18,283 nucleotides of DNA, from contig JANOAV010000119.1 of NCBI GenBank assembly GCA_031411295.1, positions 1 to 18,283 of the forward strand, read 5' to 3'. Positions 15,561 to 18,283 of the stretch are shown one piece after another (within the stretch, counting starts at the first letter, position 1; each line of letters begins with the position of its first letter). The translations under genes were made by a program, and so were the position numbers. The notes under the pieces are model-generated. The model made no database searches. It was not told where the DNA came from and was given only the letters and a program-made list of their open reading frames with translations. This stretch comes from Verrucomicrobiales bacterium (GTDB lineage: Bacteria > Verrucomicrobiota > Verrucomicrobiia > Verrucomicrobiales > V1-33).

Positions 15561-16115
15561 ATGGCATCCCCCGCCCAACAACTCCTAAGCTACCTCCACG
15601 CGCAGCGTCTCGCTGACAGCGTGAAGCCTACGCCCGTGGACTTTGGCGGAGCCCTCACGGAAACAGAAATCCAGCAGGCCCTAACCTCTCTAACGGAACG
15701 GGAATTCATCACTCCCAACTGCAAACTAACCCTGCGCGGCAGCATGGCCGTAATCTCAGCCGTGGCAGGGGCTTCCAGCCCCTCAGCCCCACCCGCAGCG
15801 GAACCCACGCCGGAACCCGCAGCGCCCTCAGAATCAGACAGCTCTGTCCTATCCGACGGATCCCCAAAGGACGAAAGTGACCTAAGTGACCAAAAGGACG
15901 CAGCCCCAACAGTCACTGAAGAAATACCAGAAATAAGCCCCGCAGAAAACTTGGAGGCATCACTCCCAGCAGTAACACCGCCAATTCCAGTGGCACCCCT
16001 GGCATTTGAAGTCATTTCCCACACCGCAGAAACCATTTCCCCCGCAGCTCCAGCGCCCACCGCACCGGAGTTGCACATTTCACCAACACATAACAAACAA
16101 ACAACACCAACTAAC
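15561..16115 (+). CDS. 185-codon segment in frame with groES (winged-helix-like N-terminus plus Pro/Ala/Glu/Ser linker); possible N-terminal extension or read-through ORF
   Basis: No stop between ATG 15561 and groES ATG 16116; [12 protein letters not shown]...[25 protein letters not shown] looks folded; A-ending codons are more frequent than in groES/dnaK. Confidence 0.5.
15866..15899. repeat. 9-bp tandem array, inverted relative to 15522-15557
   Basis: Reverse complement reads GTCCTTTTG GTCACTTAG GTCACTTTC GTCCTTT. Confidence 0.7.
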
Positions 16116-16411
16116 ATGGCCCAATCCATCAAACCACTAGGAGCCCGCGTGCTCGTCAAACGTGTCGAAGCTGAAGAAAAGACCGCTGGCGGTCTGTTCA
16201 TCCCAGACAACGCCAAAGAAAAGCCCCAAGAGGCTGAAGTCATCGAACTCGGCACCGGTGGTCGTGACGAAGACGGCAAAGAAATCCCCTTCAACGTGAA
16301 GAAAGGCGATCTCGTCCTCATCTCCAAATACGGCGGCACTGAAGTCAAAGTTGACGGCAATGACCTCCTCATCATCAGCGAGTCCGACATCCTCGGCATC
16401 GTTACGAAGTA

Positions 16412-16412
<1 letters not shown>
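16116..16412 (+). CDS. groES: Co-chaperonin GroES (98 aa from the canonical start)
   Basis: [46 protein letters not shown]; preceded by an A/C-rich leader. Confidence 0.97.
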
Positions 16413-18176
<1,764 letters not shown>

Positions 18177-18262
18177 TGTGGCGGGGGCATCCTGCCCCCA
18201 AGCCCATACACATCAGCAGCTAATCAAGCTCCAAGGCTAGGGGGCAGAATGCCCCCGCCACA
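18177..18262. repeat. Inverted REP pair (REPIN-type) directly after groEL; may also end or stabilise the transcript
   Basis: TGTGGCGGGGGCATCCTGCCCCC (18177-18199) and reverse complement of 18240-18262 TGTGGCGGGGGCATTCTGCCCCC (22/23); each unit contains a GGGGGCA-NNN... palindrome. Confidence 0.85.
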
Positions 18263-18283
18263 ACTCGCACCGCCCGGATCAGC

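Noticed and set aside
15990..16006. TGGCAC-CCC-TGGCA as a second sigma-54 promoter or CIRCE before groES
   Set aside because: Wrong -24/-12 spacing and no CIRCE right arm; TGGCAC at 13418 likewise lacks the -12 TTGC.

Overview
Bacterial chromosomal segment, most likely from a Verrucomicrobiota organism (inferred from the C-terminal motif of the large secreted protein, the dnaK-groES-groEL order, A/C-rich leaders without Shine-Dalgarno sites and the REP-like repeats). Left to right: class II Fic protein (-), sugar-phosphate nucleotidyltransferase (-), ssb (-), a secreted protein with an apparently dead C39-like peptidase fold (+), a 1677-aa secreted SGNH esterase carrying four copies of an uncharacterised ~215-230-aa module (+), an antitoxin/RelE-ParE pair with a frameshifted toxin, leuD-leuC (-), a small accessory SEC-C locus (+) and dnaK-groES-groEL (+). 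Most notable: (1) groES is preceded in frame by 185 stop-free codons encoding a winged-helix-like segment and a Pro/Ala/Glu linker, partly bracketed by inverted 9-mer arrays; (2) the chaperone operon has a consensus sigma-54 promoter with an IHF-like site and no visible CIRCE; (3) the TA pair lies between two 43-bp direct repeats of leuD 3' coding sequence; (4) the 4x orphan module esterase; (5) several short-period tandem arrays (8-, 9-, 10-mer) and REP pairs in the spacers. All calls were made by eye; no searches were run.
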